Origin: an uncultured Peptococcaceae bacterium
GTDB taxonomy: Bacteria > Bacillota > Desulfotomaculia > Desulfotomaculales > Desulfocucumaceae
DNA length: 61,697 bases
Reading direction: 5' to 3'
Assembly: GCA_958417755.1 (NCBI GenBank)
Contig: CATZDY010000001.1
Span: forward strand, 1 to 61,697
Shown: one piece after another, positions 31,756 to 40,425 of the stretch
Layout: every line of letters begins with the position of its first letter
How positions within the stretch are numbered: position 1 is the first letter of the stretch
The notes under the pieces: generated by a model
Database searches by the model: none
Told to the model about the DNA's origin: nothing
The model's input: the letters and a program-made list of their open reading frames with translations, nothing else
Position numbers and translations under genes: made by a program

Positions 31756-31865
31756 GAAACAAAAGAAAATTTTGTCGTTTTCAGTGGAAACTGCGTTTAT
31801 AAAGGGGTAAATTTTTCTGGATCTTGCCATGGCAGTTCTGATATGATACCATAAAGACATAAGGA

Positions 31866-32050
31866 TATAACCCTGCTGTGCATGTGTTAATCTTGGGGTT
31901 TTGAGCCAACACTGCTTGATAGGGAGCCTCACTCTGGTTGCAGCTTACAGGTCCCTGGCAAAGGGAAAGTAAAAAACAAACAGGAGGGCACCCACCTGTG
32001 AGAACAGGTTCAAGGAAACTCTGGGGTTTCACGGTATGAGTGGGGTTGTT
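31866..32050 (+). ncRNA. ssrS: candidate 6S RNA (SsrS); ends approximate
   Basis: ORF-free 440-nt gap between aspS and tcdA, which is where I recall Bacillus subtilis 6S-1 (bsrA) lies. The 5' end AACCC-TGCTGTG pairs with the 3' end CACGGTA..GGGTT. TTGAGCC (31900-31906) pairs with GGTTCAA (32007-32013). These pairings flank a large internal unpaired region, giving the long interrupted rod expected for 6S. Confidence 0.6.
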
Positions 32051-32198
32051 TTTTATTTTATTTGTCACTATAATACCTTGTAATAGGATGTTACAGGAAT
32101 ATAGAATATGTTAGAAATAAAATATATTAGAAGTATAAACAAAGGTTGTTGCTAGCAACAACCTTTGTTTTGGTTTAGCAAAAAGGGGGAACAACGGA

Positions 32199-32945
32199 TT
32201 GGAATCCAGATTTTCCCGTACAGCTCTTTTGCTTGGGGAGGAATCGTTGCATAAACTTGCGGCAGCCCGGGTGGCTATATTCGGGTTGGGAGGCGTTGGC
32301 TCCTATGCAGCGGAAGCGCTATGTCGTGCTGGAGTAGGCAAATTTTTATTGGTAGATGATGATGTGGTCCAAATGAGCAATATAAACCGGCAATTGTATG
32401 CCTTGGAAGAAACCCTTGGACAAGCAAAGGTAGAAGTGGCAGCCCAGCGGATGCGCAGCATCAATCCCAGGGTAGAGGTGGAGGCCTGTTATAAACGCTA
32501 TGGGGTAGGGCAGGGACCTGATTTTATCAAAATTGGCCTGGATTATGTTTTGGATGCCATTGATGATGTGGAAGCCAAAGTGGATTTACTGTATTTTTGT
32601 GTAACCCAGCATATTCCTGTGGCAGCTAGTATGGGGGCAGGGAATAAATTAGATCCCACTGCCTTCCAAATAGATGATATTTCCAAGACTACAGTTTGTC
32701 CCCTGGCCAGAGTGGTAAGAAGGCGTTTAAGACAAAGGGGTGTTATGAAAGGCATTCCTGTGGTTTATTCCACCGAACAGCCCTGTACCACTGGGGAGAC
32801 GATAGGAGGAGAAGGTAGAATTCCCGGCAGCATTTCCTTTGTCCCTTCTGTGGCTGGATTGATTTTGGCTGGTTTTGTGGTAAAGGATTTATTAAACCAA
32901 TCGTACATAAAAAGCAAGGGGACCAATCCTTTTGTTTACAAATAA
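32199..32945 (+). CDS. tcdA: tRNA threonylcarbamoyladenosine dehydratase (ThiF/MoeB-fold, TcdA/YrvM)
   Basis: GLGGVGSYAAEALCRAGVGKFLLVDDDVVQMSNINRQ. TTG start after a GGGGGA SD. Confidence 0.88.
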   Translation: MESRFSRTALLLGEESLHKLAAARVAIFGLGGVGSYAAEALCRAGVGKFLLVDDDVVQMSNINRQLYALEETLGQAKVEVAAQRMRSINPRVEVEACYKRYGVGQGPDFIKIGLDYVLDAIDDVEAKVDLLYFCVTQHIPVAASMGAGNKLDPTAFQIDDISKTTVCPLARVVRRRLRQRGVMKGIPVVYSTEQPCTTGETIGGEGRIPGSISFVPSVAGLILAGFVVKDLLNQSYIKSKGTNPFVYK

Positions 32946-33006
32946 GATTTGACAGCAAATCGTTTTATCAAAAAATATTGTTTGGCTGGAACAAACATGG
33001 AGGAGG

Positions 33007-33345
33007 ATGGTTGATTTGCCAGAACCAATGCAAATTGTAACGGATGGTACATTCCAAGCTTTGCTTGCCTCAACGTCAGAGCCTGTGGTGGTACATTTTC
33101 AGGCGGATTGGTGCAATCCTTGTAAAATGCTTGCTCCGATTTTGGATGAATTGATCTTAGAATATCAGCATAACATTGTGGTGGCAACTTTGAATGTGGA
33201 TGAAAACAAGGCCACAACCATCAAGTCCCAGGTTAACAGGGTTCCAACCTTGGTGGTGTACCGAAATGGGCAAGAGCTGGGCCGTTTTGAAGGGTTTAAA
33301 AGCAAAAAAGAATTAAAAGAAAGCCTGGACAAGGTTTTTAGGTAA
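33007..33345 (+). CDS. thioredoxin-family protein with a CNPC active site
   Basis: VVVHFQADWCNPCKMLAPILDEL plus the cis-Pro context RVPTLVVY. The start is uncertain: the GGAGGAGG SD abuts ATG 33007, so the in-frame TTG 33016 is equally plausible. Confidence 0.8.
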   Translation: MVDLPEPMQIVTDGTFQALLASTSEPVVVHFQADWCNPCKMLAPILDELILEYQHNIVVATLNVDENKATTIKSQVNRVPTLVVYRNGQELGRFEGFKSKKELKESLDKVFR

Positions 33346-33439
33346 TTAATTTAGGTAAAATAATTTGGCAGCACAATGTATTATTTAATTAAAGAAATGA
33401 CCATACTATTAGTAGCTACTGAATGCAGGAGGTAAAAGT

Positions 33440-33715
33440 ATGGTAGGAACATCCTTGGCAGATTATTTTAAAAAGGTAAACGACCGGTTGCCAGAAGAAG
33501 CAGAGCGCGTATTGGTGGCTTTGGTGGACCAAGGCAGCATGAACAAAGAGGAGCTGTCTCTCACTGCGAAAGTGAAAAGAGCGGTGCTTGATCATGTAGT
33601 GATGCAGTTGTATGCTTTGGGTTTGGTTGATGTATCCACAGAAGGGAAAAGTAAAATATGTAGCTTGACCCGTTTGGGTGATGATTTCCTCGCCCTGATT
33701 CAGAAAGCCGGTTAA
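33440..33715 (+). CDS. small winged-helix (MarR/ArsR-like fold) protein, function unknown
   Basis: 91 aa. The pattern EELSLTAKVKRAVLDHVVMQLYALGLVDVSTEGKSKICSLTRLG looks like wHTH. GCAGGAGGT SD. Confidence 0.6.
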   Translation: MVGTSLADYFKKVNDRLPEEAERVLVALVDQGSMNKEELSLTAKVKRAVLDHVVMQLYALGLVDVSTEGKSKICSLTRLGDDFLALIQKAG

Positions 33716-33740
33716 ATTGATAACCGGCTTTCTTATTGAT
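33702..33740 (+). terminator. hairpin overlapping the stop codon of the wHTH gene
   Basis: AGAAAGCCGGTTA/TAACCGGCTTTCT 13-bp perfect stem with a weak T-tail (TATTGATT). Confidence 0.6.
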
Positions 33741-34013
33741 TAATTGGAATTGACTGGAATGTTTAAGATAGCACATTGTTGGATTAAATTGATATATGAG
33801 AAAACATTGTGAATAGGACTGAAACATATCCTATTAGGCTAAAGTTTTCAATAAAATTCACTTTTGTGTAGTAGCATGAAATGCTTTCGTCCGGCAAATG
33901 ATTTTTATGTGTCAGTAAGTTTTTCATTGACTGCAACAAGACTTTAGGCACACCAGGGCTTTTTATGGTACAATCTGGACAAACAAAGGTTCTATTTTTG
34001 CGGGGGTGTTGGG

Positions 34014-35342
34014 ATGGACAATTTGTTTGACCATGCTGCCAAGGAAACGGCAGAACGCAAAGCTCCTTTGGCAGAGAGGATGCGTCCCAGGACATTTGAT
34101 GAATTTGCAGAGCAAACTGAAGTTGTGGGGGCGAATACTCCCTTGCGCAGGGCCATTGAAGGGGATGTGCTTCGTTCCATCATTTTGCACGGACCTCCGG
34201 GAACAGGAAAAACCACTTTGGCTAAAATCATTGCTGGGATGACCAAAAGTCATTTTGAAACCATCAATGCTGTGATGGCTGGGGTGGCTGATATCCGCCG
34301 GGTGGTGGCAGAGGCCAAGGAAAGGATGTCGCTGTACCGGGAAGGAACAGTGCTGTTTATAGACGAAATTCATCGTTTTAATAAAGGCCAGCAGGATGCG
34401 CTTTTGCCTTTTGTGGAAAACGGTTTATTGGTGTTAATCGGATCTACCACTGAAAATCCCTTGTTTTCTGTAAACCGTCCTTTGCTGAGCCGTTCCCGTT
34501 TGTTTCGGCTGGAGCCTCTTAGCCGGGCTGGTTTGATGCAAATTTTGCAACGAGCCCTGGAAGATGAGGAAAGAGGTTTGGGCATCTATCAGGTCAACCT
34601 AGAGCCAGGGGTGCTTTCTTATCTTGCTGGTGTGGCCAATGGTGATGCCCGGGCAGCTCTAAATGCTTTGGAGCTATTGGTACTTACAACTTCCCCGGAC
34701 CAAGAAGGTGTCCGGGTGGTGACCATGGAGTTGGCTTGCGAACTGGGAGGAGGCAGGGTGCTCCAATATGATCGGGCAGATGAGCATTATGATGTGGTTT
34801 CTGCTTTTATCAAAAGTATGCGGGGTTCGGATCCCCAGGCTACATTGTATTGGTTGGCGCGGCTGATTTATGCTGGTGATGATCCGGTTTTTATTTGTCG
34901 CAGGATTATGATTCATGTTGCAGAGGATGTGGGCTTGGCAGATCCCCAGGCCTTAACCGTGGCCACTGCCGCTGCCCAAGCGGTGGAAAGGGTTGGATTG
35001 CCTGAGGCAAGGATTATCATGGCCCAGGCGGCTTTGTATGTGGCTTTGGCTCCCAAAAGCAATGCTGTGGTAAAGGGGATTGATGCAGCCATGAAAGCAG
35101 TGCAAGAAGAAGAAGCTTTGGCACCGCCCAAACATTTGCGGGATAGCAGTTATGGAAAATTGGAACGAATGGCAGGACGTACTCCGGGCAAAGCTTATTT
35201 ATATCCCCATGATTATCCCGGTCATTATGTGGAACAGCAATATTTACCAGATAATTTGTTAGGCCAACAGTTTTATTTTCCTTCTGAGCATGGCTGGGAA
35301 AGTAAAATGATAAAACCAAAGGACAGCGGAAAAAAGGGGTAG
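34014..35342 (+). CDS. rarA: replication-associated recombination protein A (AAA+ ATPase RarA/MgsA)
   Basis: MRPRTFDEF, GPPGTGKTTLAKIIA, FIDEIHRFNK and the MgsA C-terminal domain (YDVVSAFIKSMRGSDP). Confidence 0.93.
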   Translation: MDNLFDHAAKETAERKAPLAERMRPRTFDEFAEQTEVVGANTPLRRAIEGDVLRSIILHGPPGTGKTTLAKIIAGMTKSHFETINAVMAGVADIRRVVAEAKERMSLYREGTVLFIDEIHRFNKGQQDALLPFVENGLLVLIGSTTENPLFSVNRPLLSRSRLFRLEPLSRAGLMQILQRALEDEERGLGIYQVNLEPGVLSYLAGVANGDARAALNALELLVLTTSPDQEGVRVVTMELACELGGGRVLQYDRADEHYDVVSAFIKSMRGSDPQATLYWLARLIYAGDDPVFICRRIMIHVAEDVGLADPQALTVATAAAQAVERVGLPEARIIMAQAALYVALAPKSNAVVKGIDAAMKAVQEEEALAPPKHLRDSSYGKLERMAGRTPGKAYLYPHDYPGHYVEQQYLPDNLLGQQFYFPSEHGWESKMIKPKDSGKKG

Positions 35343-35580
35343 GACAAGCATTTTGCCAAGGGGAAAGTATTTTTAGGGGTATAATACAGACTAAAATGGT
35401 CGGAATTATTGACTTCCCCTTAATCCCATGGTAAGATAAGGCCGGAGAAAGCAGAGTAATTTACTCTGCTTTCCAAAGGCTTTGGCGTAGTGTAAAAGAG
35501 GTGGTGTTCATAACTTCGATGACTGCTATAGAAATATTGTTGGTTCTAAGCAGAAATGTTTGATATTGGAGGTGGGGGGG

Positions 35581-36030
35581 TTGAAACTTTCCACCAGAGG
35601 GCATTACGGGCTAAAAGCTATGTTTGATTTAGCGCAACATGATAACAATGAACCCATTCCCTTAAAAAGCGTGGCAGAGCGCCAGAATTTGCCGGAATAT
35701 TATTTGGAGCAATTGATTGCTGTATTGCGCAAAGCGGGATTGGTGAAAAGTGTGCGGGGAGCCCAAGGGGGCTACATGTTGGCTAAAAAACCGGGTGAAA
35801 TTAAAGTAGGAGATATCATTCGCGTCCTGGAAGGTCCCATTGCGCCAGTGGAATGCGTCAATGAGATACAACCCATAGATTGCGATAATGCGGATGTTTG
35901 CATTACCAGAACTGTTTTGGCCCGGGTACGGGACAGCATTGTGGATGTGCTTGATTCCATTAGTTTGGATGACATGTGCCGGGAAGCAGAGAAGGTGAAT
36001 CAAACCAATAAAAATAACAAAAGCTGTTAA
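35581..36030 (+). CDS. Rrf2-family transcriptional regulator (IscR/CymR-like)
   Basis: KLSTRGHYGLKAMFDLA with three Cys (CVNEIQPIDCDNADVC). GGAGGTG SD before TTG 35581. Confidence 0.88.
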   Translation: MKLSTRGHYGLKAMFDLAQHDNNEPIPLKSVAERQNLPEYYLEQLIAVLRKAGLVKSVRGAQGGYMLAKKPGEIKVGDIIRVLEGPIAPVECVNEIQPIDCDNADVCITRTVLARVRDSIVDVLDSISLDDMCREAEKVNQTNKNNKSC

Positions 36031-36152
36031 TTGGCTTTTATTTGTTAACCCTAGGTACAACAAATAAGAAAAATTTTATCCCTATCCTTAAAGGCAGCTT
36101 TTTAGATGCCCATGATGGGGGATAGTTTTGAATCCAGAGGAGGTTTGGAACT

Positions 36153-37376
36153 GTGCGCAGAGTTTATTTTGACCATAGCGCCACAACACCGGTAAGACCG
36201 GAAGTGGCTGAGGTGATGTATGAACAGTTAAAAAACAGTTTTGGCAATCCTACCAGCTTGCATTATTTCGGCCGGCAGGCCCGCAAAGAGGTGGATTTGG
36301 CCCGGGAACAAGTGGCCCAGGCCATTGGAGCCAATCCAACTGAAATTGTGTTTACCAGCGGGGGAACTGAAGCGGATAATATGGCCATTCATGGTGTGGC
36401 TATGGCCAATAAAAACCGGGGTAATCATATCATTACCAGCGCTGTGGAGCACCATGCAGTGCTGAATACTGTAAAAGCTTTAGGCAAGGAAGGGTTTACC
36501 ATTACCATTTTGCCGGTGGACAAATATGGGATGGTCAGTGTGGAAGATGTGGCTGCTGCTATTACGGACAAAACCATTTTGATTACCATTATGCATGCTA
36601 ACAATGAAATGGGTACCATTATGCCCATTCAGGAAATCAGTAAATTGGCCCATGAAAAAGGGATTTTGATGCATGTGGATGCAGTGCAGAGCTTTGGGAA
36701 GATTCCTGTGCATGTGGATGATTTGCAAGCGGATTTGCTTTCCTTGGCAGCCCATAAATTTTATGGCCCCAAGGGGGTAGGCGCCCTTTATGTGCGCAAA
36801 GGAACCCGTTGGAAACAATCCTTGTTCCATGGTGGGGCCCAAGAACGTTTGCGGCGGGCTGGTACGGAAAATGTACCTGGCATTGTGGGCATGGGCTTGG
36901 CTGCAGAGCTGGCTGTACGGGATTTAAAAGAAGAAGCGGAAAAGATGACTGCCATGCGGGATCGCTTGATTCAAGAGGTAACCGGCAAAATCAGCAACGT
37001 GGAGTTAACAGGCCATCCAACCTTGCGTTTGCCCAATCATGCCAGTTTTACCTTTGAATATATTGAAGGGGAGTCCATGCTTTTGAGCTTGGATTTAAAA
37101 GGCGTAGCTGCTTCCAGTGGATCTGCTTGTACATCCGGGTCTCTGGAACCCTCCCATGTGTTACTGGCCATGGGAATTCCCCATGAAATTGCCCACGGGT
37201 CCATTCGTCTTACTTTAGGACGGGACAATACCATGGAAGATGTGGATTATTTCTTGGAAATCATGCCTCCCATTGTGGAGAGATTGCGGGCCATGTCACC
37301 CTTGGATCAAGAGAATGAATTCGCTGCCAGTGGTCAATGTGATGTTTGTAAATCCCATTCTACATGTAAATTGTAG
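36153..37376 (+). CDS. iscS: cysteine desulfurase (NifS/IscS type) with a short Cys-rich C-terminal tail
   Basis: PLP lysine context AHKFYGPKG and catalytic loop SSGSACTSG. GTG start after a GAGGAGG SD. Tail: SGQCDVCKSHSTCKL. Confidence 0.92.
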   Translation: MRRVYFDHSATTPVRPEVAEVMYEQLKNSFGNPTSLHYFGRQARKEVDLAREQVAQAIGANPTEIVFTSGGTEADNMAIHGVAMANKNRGNHIITSAVEHHAVLNTVKALGKEGFTITILPVDKYGMVSVEDVAAAITDKTILITIMHANNEMGTIMPIQEISKLAHEKGILMHVDAVQSFGKIPVHVDDLQADLLSLAAHKFYGPKGVGALYVRKGTRWKQSLFHGGAQERLRRAGTENVPGIVGMGLAAELAVRDLKEEAEKMTAMRDRLIQEVTGKISNVELTGHPTLRLPNHASFTFEYIEGESMLLSLDLKGVAASSGSACTSGSLEPSHVLLAMGIPHEIAHGSIRLTLGRDNTMEDVDYFLEIMPPIVERLRAMSPLDQENEFAASGQCDVCKSHSTCKL

Positions 37377-37439
37377 GGGCGAAGATAGAAGAAAAGAGTA
37401 AAACTTGGAACCAGCACGGGTTAGAGGAGGTTTGGGTTT

Positions 37440-37811
37440 ATGTATACAGAAAAAGTGATGGATCATTTTGAAAACCCGAGAAATGTAGGGGAAATTGAGA
37501 ATCCGGACGGAGTGGGACAAGTGGGCAATCCCACCTGTGGAGATATTATGAAGATTTATCTGCGGGTCAAGGATAATGTTATTGAAGATGTTAAATTTAA
37601 AACCTTTGGTTGTGGCGCTGCCATAGCCACCAGCAGCATGGTGACAGAAATGGTAAAGGGCAAAACATTGGACGAAGCCATGCAAATCAGCAATAAGATG
37701 GTGGCAGAAGCGTTGGACGGTTTGCCGCCCAAAAAAATGCATTGTTCCAATCTAGCAGCTGATGCTTTGCACGCAGCCATTCAAGATTATCAAGATAAAC
37801 AAGGAGCCTAG
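37440..37811 (+). CDS. iscU: Fe-S cluster scaffold IscU/NifU-N
   Basis: GNPTCGD, FKTFGCGAAIA and KKMHCSNLA. Confidence 0.93.
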   Translation: MYTEKVMDHFENPRNVGEIENPDGVGQVGNPTCGDIMKIYLRVKDNVIEDVKFKTFGCGAAIATSSMVTEMVKGKTLDEAMQISNKMVAEALDGLPPKKMHCSNLAADALHAAIQDYQDKQGA

Positions 37812-37897
37812 GTTTGGGAACAGTGTATATAGCCAGCAAGAATGTAAGATGTTTTTGTGGGTTAAGAAGCAAAATGGGCTGGCGGTGAAAAAATACA

Positions 37898-38995
37898 ATG
37901 ACCAGGAAAGAAAAAGAGCAAACAAAGGTAGCGGTGGCCATGAGCGGTGGAGTAGACAGTGCAGTCACCGCTGCTCTTTTATTGACTGAGGGATATCAGG
38001 TATTTGGTTTAACCATGCAGGTGGAAAATACTGCTGCTGAAAAAGCCCAAGGGGGTTGCTGTTCAAAGGCAGCGGTGGAAGATGCCCGTAAAGTAGCCCA
38101 GGCATTGGAGATTCCTTTATTTGTACTGGATGTACATCAAGAATTTGAAAAGCAAGTGATCCAATATTTTATCCATGCTTATTTATCTGGACAAACTCCG
38201 AATCCTTGTATTGCTTGTAATCAGCATATGAAGTTTACCCTTTTGCTTCAAAAGGCTATGGCAGAGGGCGCTGATTATCTGGCCACTGGCCATTATGTGC
38301 GATTATCCCGGGATAAAGCAACAGGCCGGTATTTGCTGCAAAAAGGCGTGGATCAACGAAAGGATCAAAGCTATGTGTTGTATCATTTAACCCAAGAGCA
38401 ACTTGCCAAGATTCTGACGCCTTTGGGGGGGTATACCAAAGAGCAAGTGCGTCATATGGCTGCCCAATGGAAATTGCCTGTGGCTCATAAACCAGAAAGT
38501 CAAGAAATATGTTTTGTTCCCCATGATGATTATAATGCCTTTTTAAAGCAACGGGTGGGGGAAGCCATAAAGCCCGGTTGTTTTGTGAATCTTGCAGGAC
38601 AAGTCATTGGACAACACCAAGGGGTTCCTTTTTATACCATTGGACAGCGCAGAGGACTGGGATCTGGTTTTGGGAAACGCATGTATGTGGTGGCTTTGCG
38701 GGCTCAAACCGGCGATGTGGTATTGGGAGACAATGGGGATTTATTTGCTTCTTCCTTGGAAGCAACGGACAATGCCTTTATTCCCTTTGAGCAGTTAACC
38801 AATCCCATACAGGTGGAGGCAAAGATACGATATAATGGCAGTGCTGCTGCAGCCTCTTTGGTCCCTTTATCCCAGGGCCATATTTTGGTTCAATTTGCAG
38901 AGCCCCAGCGGGCCATAACGCCGGGACAAGCGGTGGTGTATTACCAGGGGGATTGGGTGATTGGCGGGGGAACCATTCAAAGGGTCTGTCCCTAG
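37898..38995 (+). CDS. mnmA: tRNA-specific 2-thiouridylase MnmA
   Basis: PP-loop VAMSGGVDSAV, NPCIACN and DQSYVLY. Confidence 0.93.
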   Translation: MTRKEKEQTKVAVAMSGGVDSAVTAALLLTEGYQVFGLTMQVENTAAEKAQGGCCSKAAVEDARKVAQALEIPLFVLDVHQEFEKQVIQYFIHAYLSGQTPNPCIACNQHMKFTLLLQKAMAEGADYLATGHYVRLSRDKATGRYLLQKGVDQRKDQSYVLYHLTQEQLAKILTPLGGYTKEQVRHMAAQWKLPVAHKPESQEICFVPHDDYNAFLKQRVGEAIKPGCFVNLAGQVIGQHQGVPFYTIGQRRGLGSGFGKRMYVVALRAQTGDVVLGDNGDLFASSLEATDNAFIPFEQLTNPIQVEAKIRYNGSAAAASLVPLSQGHILVQFAEPQRAITPGQAVVYYQGDWVIGGGTIQRVCP

Positions 38996-39081
38996 ACTCA
39001 TAATCATATGCCCGTGGAGTTGGCTTTCGTCCAGTTCCATGGTGAATACGCAAATAGAAATGCAGGCCATGAGTCTCAAAG

Positions 39082-39124
39082 AAAGCACCCATGCAAGCCA
39101 ATAATAGCATGGGTGCTTTTTTTG
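39082..39124. terminator. terminator after mnmA
   Basis: AAAGCACCCATGC/GCATGGGTGCTTT 13-bp perfect stem followed by a T-run. Confidence 0.85.
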
Positions 39125-39481
39125 TTCACTTGGCTTTGAAGTCTGCAGATTCGGTCAGGCCTTCCTGCTCCCTGGGTACGCTCCCCGGCCTTCCCAGTAG
39201 CTCCCCGTTCAAACTAACAGAGGCAACGCCAGCGTTATGTGGTTATTGTTTAGGGAGGGTATTTCCGCAAAATAACAGACCGGTTGTTGCTTTGGTATGT
39301 AGGACAATGGTCAGTACGTTACGTCCCGGATTTGTTCAGCGGTCATGTTTGGAATTTCGTCTAAAAAGACTTTCCAGAATGGCCCCTGCTCCTAATAAGG
39401 TGTGTGGTTGATTGTGGGCATCAAAATATAAATTTAACATGAATGGGTAAATGCCCATAGGAACAAAGGAGGGGTATTCTT

Positions 39482-39931
39482 ATGGTTATTACAAAAGCGG
39501 CGGCGGAAGATTTACAAGCAATACTTGCCTTACAGTATCTTGCTTATCAAAGTGAAGCAAAATTGTTTAGTAGCTCAGATATTCCACCTTTAAAACAGAC
39601 ATTACAGGAACTTAGATCGGAATATAAAAAAGGGACTATACTAAAAGTAGTTCATGAAGATGATAAAATTATAGGTTCTGTAAGAGCCTACTGTGATAAT
39701 GATACAGTGTATATTGGCAAGTTAATTGTCCACCCGGATTGGCAAAGAAAAGGTATTGGCACAAAGTTACTTTTGGAAATCGAACATAGATATCCAAATA
39801 AACGATATGAATGATTTACAAGTACACGTAGCAAAGGTAATATACAGCTATATGAACGCCTCGGCTATAAGAGCTTTCAAGAAAAAAACATGAATGATGA
39901 ATTGCGTTTTGTTTACTTGGAAAAGAAATAG
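39482..39931 (+). pseudogene. GNAT N-acetyltransferase interrupted by one in-frame TGA (codon 111)
   Basis: The frame stays open from ATG 39482 to TAG 39929-39931 except for TGA at 39812-39814. The upstream part carries motif A (QRKGIGTKLL). The downstream part reads FTSTRSKGNIQLYERLGYK, the normal GNAT C-terminus. Confidence 0.75.
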
Positions 39932-39932
39932 T

Positions 39933-40124
39933 TTAATGATTTGCTGCGGTTTTCGACTGTAAATCAAGAGACTTTTTCATCCTGTTTGTAGGTTCAAATT
40001 TCTTAATTGCATTTTTATATGGCAAGGAGTTACTTTTCGCCAATTCCTTGAGCAAGCTGCTGCTGGGGATAAACACGCCCTTTGCCATATCCTCGGCATG
40101 CAAGGGCCTCTTTCTTGTGGTCAC
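39933..40124 (-). CDS. hypothetical 63-aa ORF, probably a gene remnant
   Basis: It is only a track ORF, with no SD seen. Short ORFs in other frames lie just upstream (MAEKEDWPKTK*), suggesting a frameshifted relic. Confidence 0.2.
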   Translation of the reverse strand: MTTRKRPLHAEDMAKGVFIPSSSLLKELAKSNSLPYKNAIKKFEPTNRMKKSLDLQSKTAANH

Positions 40125-40425
40125 TTGGTTTTGGGCCAGTCTTCTTTTTCAGCCATGAATTTTCTCCATGAGTGTCATAGATATATATCTAATTTTGTTG
40201 CATTGGTGGAGCTGTTTGCACTTTTTCACTTTACAAATGACTTCTCTGGAATTTAGGCAGTTTTCTTACTAAATACCATTCCTTAAAATTTAACCTTAAC
40301 CGCTAAATGGCCTTTCACAACTTCTGTATGAGGAAACAGGGGAGACACACGAATAGCAGCTAACAATAAGGACTTTGGTATAAAAAAACCGCCATAGGCT
40401 TGACTATAATGGTTTCCTTGATGAG

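Noticed and set aside
39091-39411. 106-aa plus-strand track ORF after mnmA.
   Set aside because: It starts inside the mnmA terminator hairpin, has no SD, is Pro/Ser/Leu-rich low complexity, and is better explained as the shadow of a decayed minus-strand gene.
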